Below, in pieces: positions 48,731 to 61,699 of a stretch of DNA of 64,000 bases (position 1 is the first letter of the stretch; every line of letters begins with the position of its first letter). Location: contig NC_087437.1 in the NCBI RefSeq assembly GCF_036321535.1, positions 75,642,001 through 75,706,000 on the forward strand. The letters run 5' to 3'. Below the pieces are notes generated by a model. The model worked only from the letters and a program-made list of their open reading frames with translations. It was not told the DNA's origin and made no database searches. The position numbers and the translations under genes are program-made. The DNA is from Camelus dromedarius (lineage: Eukaryota).

Positions 48731-51165
48731 TCTGCAATCTCATCAGGCGATTTACCAGAAATGCTGACACAGAGATCCTTCTGATTGTTAACAAGGCAAC
48801 TCTCTCCACCTGGAACGCTCGCTCGACAGCCCTTGGCAACACCCACGCTCACTAGGCCCAAGCGAGTGAGGGGACCTGCGGTGCACACTTTATTAGGTTC
48901 ACAGTGTATCATCTCCTGCACCCAACTAAACGCTTTTATAGCTGTGCTTGTTACACAAGTGATATTGTAAGAGTGTCAGTAGAGAACCAAAAAAAAGCAG
49001 GGGGAACTTTCATAATCCCACTATCTTAACCTAACTGTCTGTTCCTTTCGTCCATTTTCAGCCCATGCTTGCATATGCAGAACGGATGTATTTGAAACCA
49101 TGGTACGGATACAATTTCATATTCTATTTCACTTAACATGCCATGGTTTCCCTATGGTGCTTCATTGTCTTCTTAATCAGCATGCTATTGCCAGGCTGCA
49201 TAATAATCCACTTTCCTGCCATTGTTAGAAATTTATATTATACAAACGAGAATGATGAAGATGGAGATGGAATGTTAGCCTGACTAGGGACAGTTCTAAC
49301 CTCCAAAATTGTTTTTTAAAGAAAGAAAGACCCCAGCAGCATTGTAATTCATGGAGGTATAAATTATCTGTCAATTTAAAGAGAAAAATCAATCCAACCA
49401 ATGATTAGGTGTGGGCAGATAAAGAAACTATTGGCAGGCTGGATTTACACTTTTCAACTAATTTCTTCAGTTAAGCAATTGAAAATCCAGGACAAATGAC
49501 CTTTCTCATGGGGTTATTGAATCAACTAAACAAGGACTGCCAGGTGACTGGATACCACAGTGGACGTTTTTTTTTCCTAAGGACTGTTTCCTAATGGAAA
49601 GTATTTCTGCCAAAATCACACCATGCCAATTGTAGGGCAGTAATTTAATTATGCCCCTCAGAATGCAAATTATCATACAAAACACTATGAGGACCCTCTC
49701 TCTGAGAAACCTCGGAACAAAACATTTCAATGGGGCTCAATAATTTTGCCTTCCTGGGTGGAAATTAGGAGCTGAGTACAATGATTCATAACCTCATGGA
49801 ACAGTTGCTGTGGGTGGACTCACGTCACTCACGTCCCCCTTTACGCCCATGGCTACACCTTCTAACCTTTTCCTTTCTCAACTTCTCAGTGAGGTGCAAC
49901 AACCAAACCACCCTGTAGGGGTTTGTCTTTTTAAAATTCCATTGTAAAAAACTTGGGTAATAAAGATGTGGCAAAAGAATCAAAAACTCCTGTTTTCAGT
50001 GTTCTGAGTGTCATATCAGGCAGCAAGAACAGGGTTTGAAATTGTTACTTCGGTGGTTTGGAACTATCTCCACAGCTCATCTAATTCATAAGTAAAGTGA
50101 CTCCAGCTCATCACAACTCACAGCATTATGCCAGGGTGGGTATAAGCTACTAAAATTATGGCTAAGTCATTTTTAGAATGAACCTGCACATTAATTGGCA
50201 TGACTCAACTTATTTAGGGGTTCTCAACATATTAAAGGTTGTTGCAAAGTTCCCTTATGAGGATTTAAATCTGCATTTCCCATGTTCTCATCTGAAGGGC
50301 AGGATGGGGGAATCTGAGAACATCTGAGCTGAGACCTGGTCTCTGTTTCAGCTGAAGGTGTCTTGGATGCTATCACAACATGGGGCTTAGACCCTCCCCA
50401 AGCCTCAACCTGTAACATCCCCTCAGACTTTATGGCAGGATTTGGGGGGTAACTATAAAGAAGTGATTTCACAGGGTCTCCTAAGGTATTCATCTTCCTT
50501 CTGCATCAGGGACTCACCTGATGTCACGGGGATAGTGATGATCAAAGGGTTTCTGCCTCATAAAGACAAAAATGTGTACTTTTTTTTTAATTTATAAAAG
50601 TCAATGCCTATGTGAACCAAAAGCAGGGAATGACATTCTGACCGGCCAATTTTCTCTGTGAAGCTTTTGTAAAATAAAATTTTCTTTGCTTCCTATTTTT
50701 ACGCTGTCTTATAGCGTTGCTGGCACAGGTGACAATCACACTTGGCGCTTCTCTCATGCTTTTCATCCAAAGATTTCAAAGTGCTCCACAACAGGGTTTC
50801 ATCTTCACCACAGGGGAGGGAGGAAGGTCAGCTCCATTGTGCCCAGCAAGTAGATGGGATGCTGAGCGGTGACATGACTTATACACAGGCCCTGCAAAGC
50901 TGCAGGGGCAGAGCCAAGTTAGAGCTGGTTCTTCCCAATTCCTAACTCCGTCCACTGTTCACTTGTCCGAACTGCTGTGGCCTCTTCTTCCAAGGGCTGA
51001 ACATCAGGCCCAGCAAGACACATTACAAACAGCTTGTTAAGTGTTTTACTGAAAAGCCACCATGCCAAGGGGACAGACCTCAAGGAGAAAATAGAAGCCC
51101 AAATCAAAAGAGGTTGGATTTGTTTTGAGAATGACTTTTCAGTGTGTAAGAACTTGGACAAATAA

Positions 51166-51319
51166 CTACATTCAATATTTTGTAGTAACCTATAATGAAA
51201 AAGAATGTGAAAATGAATATACCTATGTATATGTATGGATGAATTATGCTGTACACCAGAAATTGACACAACACTATAAACTGACTATACTTCAATTTTT
51301 AAAAATCTTAAAAAAAGAA
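51166..51319 (+). mobile_element. 5'-truncated L1 3' tail
   Basis: TSD aagaacttgg(a/t)caaataa at 51148-51165 and 51320-51337. Confidence 0.9.
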
Positions 51320-51379
51320 AAGAACTTGGTCAAATAAACCTAAAAAAAAAAAAGAGTGCAAATCTCCTGAGTGAAAAAT

Positions 51380-52510
51380 GGCTACTAGATTTCAATACTT
51401 GGAAATATCATAGTATTGGCAAAGAAGTCAAGCAATGGGAGTCTTACACTCTGAAGTTAGGAATGTAATTAGTACAACCACACAGGAAAACAGCTTAGCA
51501 ATAACTTATAAAGTTGAACATGACCATACACTGCAACCCAGCAATTCCATTCCTATGTATATACATGTATGTATGCATATATTTATAATATATATAATTC
51601 ATGAAATGAAATATTATCCAGGGGTGAGGATGAATGAACTATATCTTCACATGAAATATGGATAAATTTTATTACAGTACTTAATTGGGGGAGAAAAGCA
51701 AGACTGGAAAGATGAGATAAAAGAAGAATCTATTTTTGTAAAGCTCAAAAATATGAAAACTAAACATATGCTTTGAAGCACAAACATATACAGGATAAAA
51801 CTGTTTTTTTTTAAAAAAAAAAAAAAAAAACAAGGAGATGTTAAGGCAGAAGCAGGTGGCAGCTCCATCTTGGGAAAGGCAGGAGTCTGAGACTGGGGAG
51901 CATATTAGTCAGGGTTCTGCAGAGAAACAGAATCAATAATATTGATATGGGGAGAGATTTATTATAAGGAATTGGCTCAGGAGATTACGGAGGATGGGAA
52001 GTCCCATGATCTGCTGTCTGCAAGCTGGAGACCAGGAAAGCCAGTGGTATAGTACTAGTCCAAAGGCCTGAGACCAGGGGAGCTGATGAGATAAATCCCA
52101 GTCCAAGGGCAGGAGAAGGACCAATGTCCCAGCTCAACAGGCAGTCAGGAAGCAAAAGGGGCATATTTTTCTTTCCTCCCCCTTTTTGTTGTGTTCAATC
52201 CCTAAACAGACTGGAGGATGCCCGCTTACACTGAGGGGGGTGATCTGCTTTAGGAAGCCCCCCAGTTCATGTGCTAATCTAGCCCAGAAATACTTTCACA
52301 GACACTTTCGAATACAATGCTTAATCTGGGCCCCCCTGTGGCACAGTCAAGTTGACACACAAAATTAGCCATCACAGGGAGGAACACAGAGTAGTGGCTA
52401 CGCTTTAGCTCTTAGGTTGAGTGGTTAATTCGTGTGATTTTTGTTTTACCATTTTCTTTCAAAATTACATATATATTTCATGTATTCTTTTCAAATATTA
52501 CAAAATAATT
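51380..52510 (+). mobile_element. Old L1M(E) 3' remnant interrupted by MLT2
   Basis: attagtacaaccacacaggaaaacag..acccagcaattccattccta..gaggatgaatgaactat. Confidence 0.65.
51901..52376 (-). mobile_element. MLT2 (ERVL) solo LTR
   Basis: tattagtcagggttctgcagagaaacaga..agtcaagttgacacacaaaattagccatcaca; 5-bp TSD gggag at 51896-51900 and 52377-52381. Confidence 0.9.
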
Positions 52511-52558
52511 TTCAGTCTGATGAGCTTAGAGTTAAAAAAATAGACTTTTAAGGGAAAG

Positions 52559-53022
52559 TGTGAAGGAAAAGCCGGGTTGGTCTAACAACATAACTCACAA
52601 CTCAAGGAATGTGAAGGAGAGGCTGGGCTGGGCTAACAAGATAACTCACAAATCTAAGTATCGGAATACTGATCTGAGTTCTGCTGTACTAACTTGTAAA
52701 TCTAGGTTAATTAGTGTTGGTTTGCTGTTCATGTTTTTTGCTAGCCAGCTGGATTTTCAAAGAGACATATCTGACTTTGGAATGTTGGTTTGCTGCCTCC
52801 CTGACTCCACTTTTGTGATAATGATGCTGCTAAAGCTGTTCCATGCCTATTGGCCGAATACCCCAAGCTTGTACTTTACCCTATAAAACCTCACGGGCAC
52901 GTCTTGGAGGTGCTCAGAGCTTCGGAGCAGAAGCCCCTCTGAGCCCACTGGCGTAATACATCTGAGTACTCCAACCCTCCGAGTGGTGCTTGTTTCTTGG
53001 CTGGCCTGTCGTTTCCATAACA
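52559..53022 (+). mobile_element. Solo LTR of ERV1 (gammaretrovirus-like) type
   Basis: TG...CA termini, 4-bp TSD aaag at 52555-52558 and 53023-53026, TATAAAA 52882-52888, AATACA 52955-52960. Confidence 0.78.
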
Positions 53023-53199
53023 AAAGCATAGACCTCCCCCAAAGGTTGTATGTGTCTGAGCGTACAGTTTGCTGTACTGCTTCAAGCTCGTAAACATTGA
53101 AGGCTTTTAAGGGTCATTATTTTAAAAACATTTATCCAACAATTAACCACGAAAAGTATTTGAAAGAAGTATGATATTCAAAGTTATTATAATTAGCCT

Positions 53200-53945
53200 G
53201 TAAAGAGCCCATATAAATTAAGCAGCAAGATATTAAATGTAAAATATGAGAAAATATATGAACAATTTCTAGGAAAGTCCAAATGAGAATAATGTGAAAG
53301 ATGTTTAAACTTCATTAGCAAACAAAGAAATGCAGATTATTTAGGGTAACTTTTTTTTTAACCTATAACATTGATCCAGATTGGAAAACTACTCAGTGCT
53401 GGCGGGAGTTTCGTGGAGCAGATGTAAATACTGCTGATATATAACCTTTTCCGGAAGCATTTTGGAGATAGGATTCAGTAGCTTTAACTAAGCTCATAAC
53501 TTTTCACTCAATATGGTCCTAGAAAACCTTTCCAGAAGAAATCATTAGAAACCCAAAGATATTCACAGCAACATAATCTTCAACAGCAAAAATTAACCTA
53601 AATGCTGAGCAATAGGAGAATGGTTAAATAAAGTATAGCGTATCCTCAATGGAAATTATGCAATCATTAGCAATGGTGTTTTCAGAAAGTATTTACTGAT
53701 ATGGAAGAATGCTCATGCTAAGTGAAAATCAAAGTACAGGATTATTTGTACGGCACAATTTTAGATTTGTAAAATATATGTATACAAACACACCCATACA
53801 CACGCACACAAAGAAAACTGCACGCAAGGTGCCAGGAGGTTTAAATAGTGATCTCTGCATTATGGACTCATTTGAGGGTGTTAGTTTCTCCTTTATTTCC
53901 TTCCATGGTTTCTAAGTTTTCTAGTTTAATAATAAAATATAAATA
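53200..53945 (+). mobile_element. Old L1ME-type remnant
   Basis: aaacttcattagcaaacaaagaaatgcagatt; caataggagaatggttaaataaagtatag; ggaagaatgctcatgctaagtgaaaa. Confidence 0.7.
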
Positions 53946-54287
53946 TTTTCGAGATAATAGAAAGTATCTACAATAGAGGGGCAGGGATTTCCTGTAACAT
54001 AACAATGCTGGGTCATAAAGTATCTATTGTAGGATGATCAACTCTCCCCAGATCTCCAAAGAAAGTGTCACATCCTGGGACCCCTCTCAGCCCCAGTCAA
54101 AAGCAGGACAGTTGGTCATCCTACATTTAGGCCTGAAAAAATCATTGGAGTGGAAAGACTTCCCAGCTGTGAACTGCAAAAGTAGCCTTGATAATTCCTT
54201 CAGTCTCCCTATAGATGGAAGTGGCTATTTTGACCTTGTAGATTTGTGAAGATTTTTAAATAAGTCACATCTTAAAGAGCTTGTTGA

Positions 54288-54396
54288 GAATATGAAAACG
54301 AATATATGTATGTTCCTATATGACTGAAGTACTGTGCTGTACACCAGAAATGGACACAACATTGTAAAACTGGCTGCACTTCGATAAATATATGCA
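54288..54396 (+). mobile_element. 5'-truncated L1 3' tail
   Basis: TSD taaaga(g/a)cttgttga at 54273-54287 and 54397-54411. Confidence 0.9.
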
Positions 54397-55069
54397 TAAA
54401 GAACTTGTTGAAAGCAAAGCAGATCGCATAATGCCAAACTGGCTGGTTTAGCTACATTATACAAGCTCTGAGTATGTACCCAGACAGGTCAGGAAACAAG
54501 AACTGCCCCTTGTCTTAGGGAAGAGAAGCCCATTTATCTCTCTTTTGGGTTGTGGTTTTTGTTTTGTTTTGTTGTGCTGTGCATATTCTTTCCCTTTCCA
54601 GGAGTGGGAGTGGCAGGTGTCTCATGTCACCAGAGGAAAACTGAGCTCCAGGGAGTTGGCTTAGAAGGCGACAGGAACTCCCTGCCAGGTCTAAAGCCCT
54701 ATGGAAGAACAGAGATTCAGGTTAGATTGCTCTTACCTGCTTTTCTTACACAATCAGGACAAATGCCCTCCCATCTTAAATCTCCAGGAAGTTTTCTACA
54801 TCTTTGCTTAGCAAAGCATCTTGAAAATGTAATAGAACTAGGAAAATGTGTGTGCCAACGGCAATCTCTGTCACAGATGAGAGCCACTTGTGGCAGGTCA
54901 GGGGGAGGCAGGGATGTCAGGTGCCTGTGTTTGAGTTAAGCCTTTGTACCTCTGAGCAGTCACTTGGCCATTCTCTATGCCTCAGTGTCCTTACTTATAA
55001 AATAGGGATGCTAATAGCACCTGCCACTGAGCGTTGTGAGGATTACGTATGCACATAGTTAATAAGAGC

Positions 55070-55360
55070 CTGGAGCTTGGAGACTGGCTCCCGGCGGGTT
55101 TGTTAGGGAGAGCTCCTAAAATCAGCACCAAGTGTAGTTAAAGGAGGGAAGCAGGACTGAGCAAAGACTGAGATGTGATGAAGTCTTGACAGAGCCTCAG
55201 TGGGGACCCTCCAGATCTGTCCTGAGTTGAGGCAAGAAGGCACTTGGCCTTGATACCCCTGCAATCAATCAGGTGAGGGGCACACTGAGAAGGGCGCGTG
55301 GCTCTGGTGCTGCTGCCTTGCATCACATCTCAGGTCTCCTCCCACAGACCCAGGGGCTGG
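55070..55360 (-). mobile_element. Old ERVL LTR remnant (LTR33-like)
   Basis: ggaagcaggactgagca..gagcctcag..gtcctgagttgaggcaag..ggccttgatacccctgca. Confidence 0.45.
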
Positions 55361-56199
55361 GACAGAAATCCATCTCTGCGTTTGTACGGACAGGGATACC
55401 AAGGCAGGCAGGTCCCTTCCTGGGAAACCAGAGGCTGATCTGATGGCTGATTTTGTCTGGAGAAATCCCCAATGTCCTTGCTGAAGCTTCCTTAGATTTC
55501 ATGGGCTCTAGAATGTTTCCCCCAGCTTCCTGAACCTCTCTCCTTTCCTCAGAATTTGCTTTGTGATGAACACTGTGCTGTGCCACTCCAATCCCCTTTT
55601 AGGAACAAATTTTTAAGTTAGCTTTAAGAAAATTATTTAATTTTATTTTTTGGATATGTAAAACTATGTGATTCGAAAGTCAATACAAAACATACTAAAC
55701 AAGCAAACAAACAAAAAGAAGCAAACTCAGATAATTCAGATGTTCACCTGAAAAGCAGAAAACAGGGTAGAGGAATTGTTCTAGACTAAAAGAGACTAAA
55801 GAAATATGATGACCAATTGGTTCAGGGGGAAAAAAGCTGTCTAGCTACAGCAAGATGTGAAAAAACCAATGTGACCAAATGCTAACAAGTGTTGATCTAG
55901 GTCTTTGAATCCTCCCGTGGATTTTGAAAGTTTTCAAAAATATAAATTTTGGGAAAAAGTAAGAAATCTTTCCTTGTTGAAGCGTCTGACACTCAGGTTC
56001 TTATTTATCTGCAAATGTGTTTAAATAGAAAAGATGAACAACAAGGCCTGAAGGGGAGCAAATAAATCAAACACTAAAACTACACCCTAATCTCTTGTAA
56101 GTCAAGCAGGAATTAGTAGAGGGAGATCTCTGGGCATTAATATAAAACACCCTTTCATTCTCAATCAGATTTTAGCAGAATTAAATGCATGATGTGTAA

Positions 56200-57560
56200 G
56201 CACTCAGAAAGGACAGCAATGATCATTAGGAGACAATGTGTATTCATGAAGAACAGGTCATACAAAACACACCTTGTCCAGTGGGAACCATCAAAGGTGT
56301 AACTTAATTGCAACAAAATATTTGAAAAACCCAATTATATTGGTATCGTGATTTAAAAGGAAAAGTATAAACGAGGTTGCTAGCTGAGCTTTCCCTCGCA
56401 TTCTTCATTCCTTCATCCCTTCACTCATTCATTATTAACCACACGTTCAGCATGTGCTAGACAACCACCCTATTAGAATGAATGCACATTACTGTCAACT
56501 TAGGCTTAAAGGAAATTTCTATATGTGTTTCTAAAGTGTGGCCTAGGACTCAAAGCATCAGAATCACACTTGGTGCTTGTTAGAAATGCACGGTCCTACC
56601 CCATCAAAATTTACGGAAATGACCCTCGGTAATCTGCATATTTAACAAATGTCCCAGATAATTCTTTTGTACGCTAAAGTTTGAGAGCCACACTAAAATT
56701 CTCTCTCCTTTTTTCTGAAATCTTAAGCATATTAATCAGTAAATCAGATGAATAGATAAAATGCAGATTTTGTCTATTTAATTTATAGATGTCTGAAAGT
56801 TAGAGGAAAAGCTGATAAACCGTATTGAAGAATCGAACTTGCAAAAGACCTTGACAAAGGAGAAGGATGGAATGAAATTAATGATATACAACTTAATAGG
56901 GTTAAATGTTAAGTTCTGCATCTAAGTTCAAAGGATCAACTACTTAAATACGAGGTAGGAAAGCTCTGGACTGACAGGAGTTCACTTGAAAAAGATTTAA
57001 AGTTCAATGAGAGTCAAAAATGTGGTATTATTTCAAAAAAAAGAATACAAATTTTAGGATGCATTAATAGAAACTGAAATTAAGGAAGAGGGGGGCAAGG
57101 TTGTACCCATCAGATTTTGCATTGGCAGAGCACATCAATTTCAAAATATTTAAATATCTATTTTTTAAAAAGTTATTGTTTCAAAAGTTATTGTTTAAAA
57201 AGCTAGAGTTTGTCCAAGGGAAAGTGATTAGGTAGTAAAATGTCTTAAACCCACATCATATGAAGAACTAGTTAAGGAACAGAATATATTTCATATAGAA
57301 AAGTGAAGATTCACATGTTATGATAGCTGACTTCTGCAGGGTTGAAAGGTTATCGAGTTGAGGAAGGAATTGATTTTTTTCTGTGTGGTTCCACAAGAAA
57401 GACCCAGGAACATTGAGGCAAAGTTATAGGAAAGTTATTTTGGATATACTGTAAGAAAGGATTATCTAAGAATTAGAGGGCTCTATATATAAGCTGTTCC
57501 TTTTAGAGATAGTGAGCTCCAGATGTGGGTTAAAGTGTCTGTTAGAGACATTGTGGAGAG
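56200..57560 (+). mobile_element. CR1/L3 LINE remnant with a MER5-like insertion (~56520-56690)
   Basis: From 56841 translates AKDLDKGEGWNEINDIQLNRVKC*VLHL, the CR1 RT motif QKDLDRLE.W......FN..KCKVLHL; ttttaggatgcattaatagaa. Confidence 0.75.
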
Positions 57561-58139
57561 GATTCCAATTAATCAATAAATTAGCCAAGGGAGGCGTTGA
57601 ATGGACCAGTAGTGATGGTAGGCTGGGAACTAAGGAGTATGTTTAACTAATCCTCTGTAAGTGAAATACAAAAAAAAAAAAAAAAAAAGCTTTAAGAGAA
57701 AGAAAAATAAGTAAGAAAGCATACCTATATTATCTAGGTGGTCCCTTCAAACAAAGTTAGCATTCTTTAAATCTCTATATAAGCATCCTCAGAATTTTGG
57801 TGTCAATGAAAAGCCTTCACATCTTGTTATATCAATTGTTCATCCTTTCAAACGAATCCATTTCTGACGTCTTTAGAGGGGCTGTTCTAGAGAAGGCAAG
57901 AGTCAGAATGCCCATGACACACTTCCACAGTCTCCCACAGAGGCAACTGACCCTGGTGAATCCTCAGACTGATGTGATTTTAATCCTTAGGCTGCGTTCC
58001 TCCTCTGACACAACAGCCAGCCTCCCCAGAACTGGGAACTGAACTCGAGGGCAAACAGCACATAGGCCGGCCGGGGCCATATGAGGCAGCTTGGCACAAA
58101 AAACTGTCAGAATAGGGATAATTGTGATTAATTGAAGGA

Positions 58140-58320
58140 ACTATGTTCCTTCTTTTGGAGAGTTTAACATGGAGCACACAAATTGGTTGGGACATTTGGA
58201 AGATGGAGCAGAAGGAAAGATACCCAGAAAGAAAGTGGGCTGCAGAGGCAATGAAGGACCGCTGGACACACTGCAATTACTGGATGGTGGAAGCTGTAAG
58301 GAAGACAAAAGCCAAAAGCT
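58140..58320 (+). mobile_element. Possible RTE-clade (L4/RTE-X-like) LINE remnant
   Basis: WLGHLEDGAEGKIPRK resembles the RTE C-terminal WLGHV.RM...RIPK motif. Confidence 0.45.
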
Positions 58321-60814
58321 ACGTGAAGAAGTGGACAGCATGCTGGCTGGTGGGGTAAGGACCTCTGAAGCAGACATACAGACCCTGGCCAGAGTTATCT
58401 TCAGGGCAGAGGATGAAGCACTTAACTACTGAGGTGCTGTCAAGCTAACTCATTTGCTAGAGTCATCCTGGGTTTTTTTTCCCCAGCTAACGCGGCTCTT
58501 TGAGAGCATTCCAATCTCCAGTGCTAACTGGCGTGCAGCTCTTCCTATTGTCCTGACTTCTACGTGAATCTTGTACAGCACTTCTCTGACTTTTCCACTT
58601 CACCCAAGGAAAGAAAAACCTGCGTACGACTAGCCGTCTGGGACAGAGCCCAAGCAGCGTACCACAAGTGCAACACTCCTTTGCAGTCACTTGTTATTTT
58701 TATCTTTAAAATTTCAGGAGAAATTTTCATTCTCCTCCTTAAGAGATCTGTACTGGTTTTTATACAAAAATAATGTTTAATCCATTAATTTAAATTAGCA
58801 ATTTAGGGAGATATGCTGTTTTTCTTTTTTTTTTTTTTTTTTTCATTTCCTTCCCATAACTCCTGGCCAGTAAGTCATGTAATCCTTGGAGGTATGGCTA
58901 CCATAGTTTGAGAAGCATGATCTTCCAATAAACTTATCTGAGTGACTGTTCCCTGCAGATTCTAACACATGCTTTTAGGGAGATATTAATGTGTGTGTGT
59001 ATCTCGAAACCCCAGAACCTCTTCTGAATCACAAAAGCCAGGACAGACAGTACTGTAGACGTTTTAAATACTTGTTAATTTATAATAAATTAACCTAAGG
59101 TACAGAAAATTGGAATTTATTGTTCAAACCCAAATATGCTTATTTGTGGACACTTTTATATCTTCCTGTATATCAAATGTAACTATATTTTGTTTTTCCT
59201 AAGTCAGTGTTAATTTCCTCCACTTTATTGTAGGCCTGAAGAAATTCCATCTTCTTTACATAAACCTTACTGAAGAACTATAACAGGGAAAAAAAGAGAA
59301 AAAGCTGTGGACATGAGCAATACAATGAAAATAAATTTAAACCTAAAATTTGGTACAGTTGCAGGTAGAGTAATTTTTCTGTTACATTTTATTTAAAAAC
59401 TAATTATGTTAAAATTAAGTGTTTTTATATGCCGAAATATCATTGGTAGATATTAAATATCATTATTTATTGAAACCCTAATAAGAATTAGATTTTTTAA
59501 TTAATATTGACTGCCTATAAACTAAACTTAAATAATTAAGCCTAATATTAATGGTGAGTGATTACAGGAGAGGAAGACATTCATTGTAAAACCCACTTTT
59601 TATAAAAAGTTTTGTACATAAACAATGTGTTCAAAGATTATGATTCTGTTTCCAAGCCGTTTATTTATTTTTTTACCTGTTGCTACTGTCTACTTTCTTT
59701 AGAAATGGTTTGTTCTTCCCAGGCACGATTATGTCCAGTGACATTTACTGAGAACCCACTAATGACCGTACACACATCAGTTCAGTTCAAAAGCCTTTAC
59801 TGGACAGTGATATCTACCAGGCACAGTGAAGTTAGAGCACTGGCATTGGCCATAGCCTCCAGAGCCCAAGCCTGGAGAGAGGGAGGGGCTTGTAAACACA
59901 TCACTACAGAGCAGCATGATCTGTGCAGGAGGGGAACGCTTGGCAGGAGGCTTGGGAGAGTCTTCGCAGATGTGGTGGCCCCTGGGTAGGGTTTTGATAG
60001 AATACTAGCTAGGACTCCGACAGCTGAGTATCAGAGGGGATTCCCAGTGGAAGTACTCAGTATGTGCAGAGCTGGGAAGCTGCATGGGGTGATAGAGGAA
60101 CAGCTCTTGTTTCAGTGTGACTGGGAGAGGTTAGAGGAAATGAATCTTAGTGGAGGAAGAAAAGAAATGGGGTCAAAGCTAGATTTGTCATTTCCTCTCT
60201 GGGAGACGTTAGGCAAATTACCTGACCTCTCTAAGCTTCACTTTCCTCATTTATAAAATGTCTTCCTAGAGTTACTGTGAAAATCGAATGAGATCAAACA
60301 ATTCAAGATTATGGGCAAGGACTGGCCCCTAGCACTCAAAGAAGATTCAGTGCTCATAGTGTTGGTGGAGTTCGACATAATTAAACCCAGGAAAGGCGAC
60401 GCCTGGCCCATTACCTCACAGGACCACCTGAAACCCACTGCCATGCCAATGTCTGTAAACTGGGGGTGGTGCAAAGACAGAACTTTGGGGGGGGGGTTGT
60501 TGAGAGAGAGACAGAGACATATACAAAGACACAGATTGACCCTGGGAAGCAGTAAATTCATTCCACCTGTGTCTTCTACTCTCTGACCCTACTGGATGGT
60601 TGTAATACTTCATCTGCTGCTCATAATAAAATCAATATGTTAGTACTGCCCCCCTTTCTTCTGACCTTAACACTCGGCCTGGACAACCTTGGAGCCTGTA
60701 GGAACTGTCCATGTTCCTCCTCCTCCACTCCCTTGGAAATCCACTAGAGTACAGCAAATGAACACATCTGTATGAGTGATGCCTATTAGGGTGAGATACC
60801 ACACCCTTAAAAAA

Positions 60815-61660
60815 TAAAAGTTTATTGAGGTATGATTGACATACAAAAAACTGTACATAATTTGGGTATTCCACTTTATGAATTGGAGATAAGTATTTAT
60901 CCATGAAACCATCTCCACAATCTATACCACAAATAGATTCATCACCTCTGAAAGTTTCCTTCTGCCATCTTACTTATTATTTTACTTTTTTGTGTTTGAG
61001 AAGAACATATAACAGCTACCATCTCAGTAAATTTTTAAGTATACAATACAGTATAGTTAACTATAAGCACTTCGCAGTACAGTAGATCTCTAGGACTTAT
61101 TTATCTTGAACAGCTGAAGCATTGCACCCTTCGACTGGTACTTTCCCTTTTTTGCCTCCCACTCAGCTCCAGCAACCACCATTCTACTCTCTGCTTCCAT
61201 GAGTCTGACTATTTAGATTCCTCATATAAGTGGTATCATGCATTATTTGTCTTTCTGTGTCTGGCTTATTTCACTTAGCATACTGTCCTCCTGGTTCATC
61301 CATATTGTCACACATGGCAGAATTCCCTTTTTCTAGACTGAAAAACATTCCATTGTTTGTATATACCACGTTTTCTTTATCCATCTGTTGATGAGGTCGT
61401 ACCCATGCCTTGGCTGTTGTGAATAACACTGCAATTCACAATGGGATTCACAATGGGACATGAATGTGGGAGTGCAGATATCTCTTTGAGATCCTGACCC
61501 TAACTCCTTTGAGATGATACCCAGCTGTGGAATTGCTGGATTATGTAATATTTAATTTTTTTTGAGGAACCTCCAAGCTAATTTCCAGATATTTTGCAGA
61601 CAGTGGTGGCAGAAATTTACATTCCCACCAACAGTGTACAGGGGTTCCCTTTTCTCCACA
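60815..61660 (-). mobile_element. L1MA9-like 3' end
   Basis: tttattgaggtatgattgacatacaaaaaactg..aagtatacaatacagta..gattcctcatataagtggtatcatgc..cattcccaccaacagtgtacagggg. Confidence 0.85.
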
Positions 61661-61699
61661 ATACACTCAATAAAAGTTCTCACATCAAAGTCCAACTGG

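Noticed and set aside
1856..49670. Scattered octamer (ATTTGCAT) and isolated GAS (TTCNNNGAA) motifs
   Set aside because: Frequency compatible with chance in AT-rich DNA; kept only where clustered with other evidence
19971..61458. Short perfect tandem duplications (19971 aaggctatgatgaa, 23458 cttgccaatta, 57167 aaaagttattgttt, 61434 attcacaatggg)
   Set aside because: Typical slippage micro-duplications with no further structure
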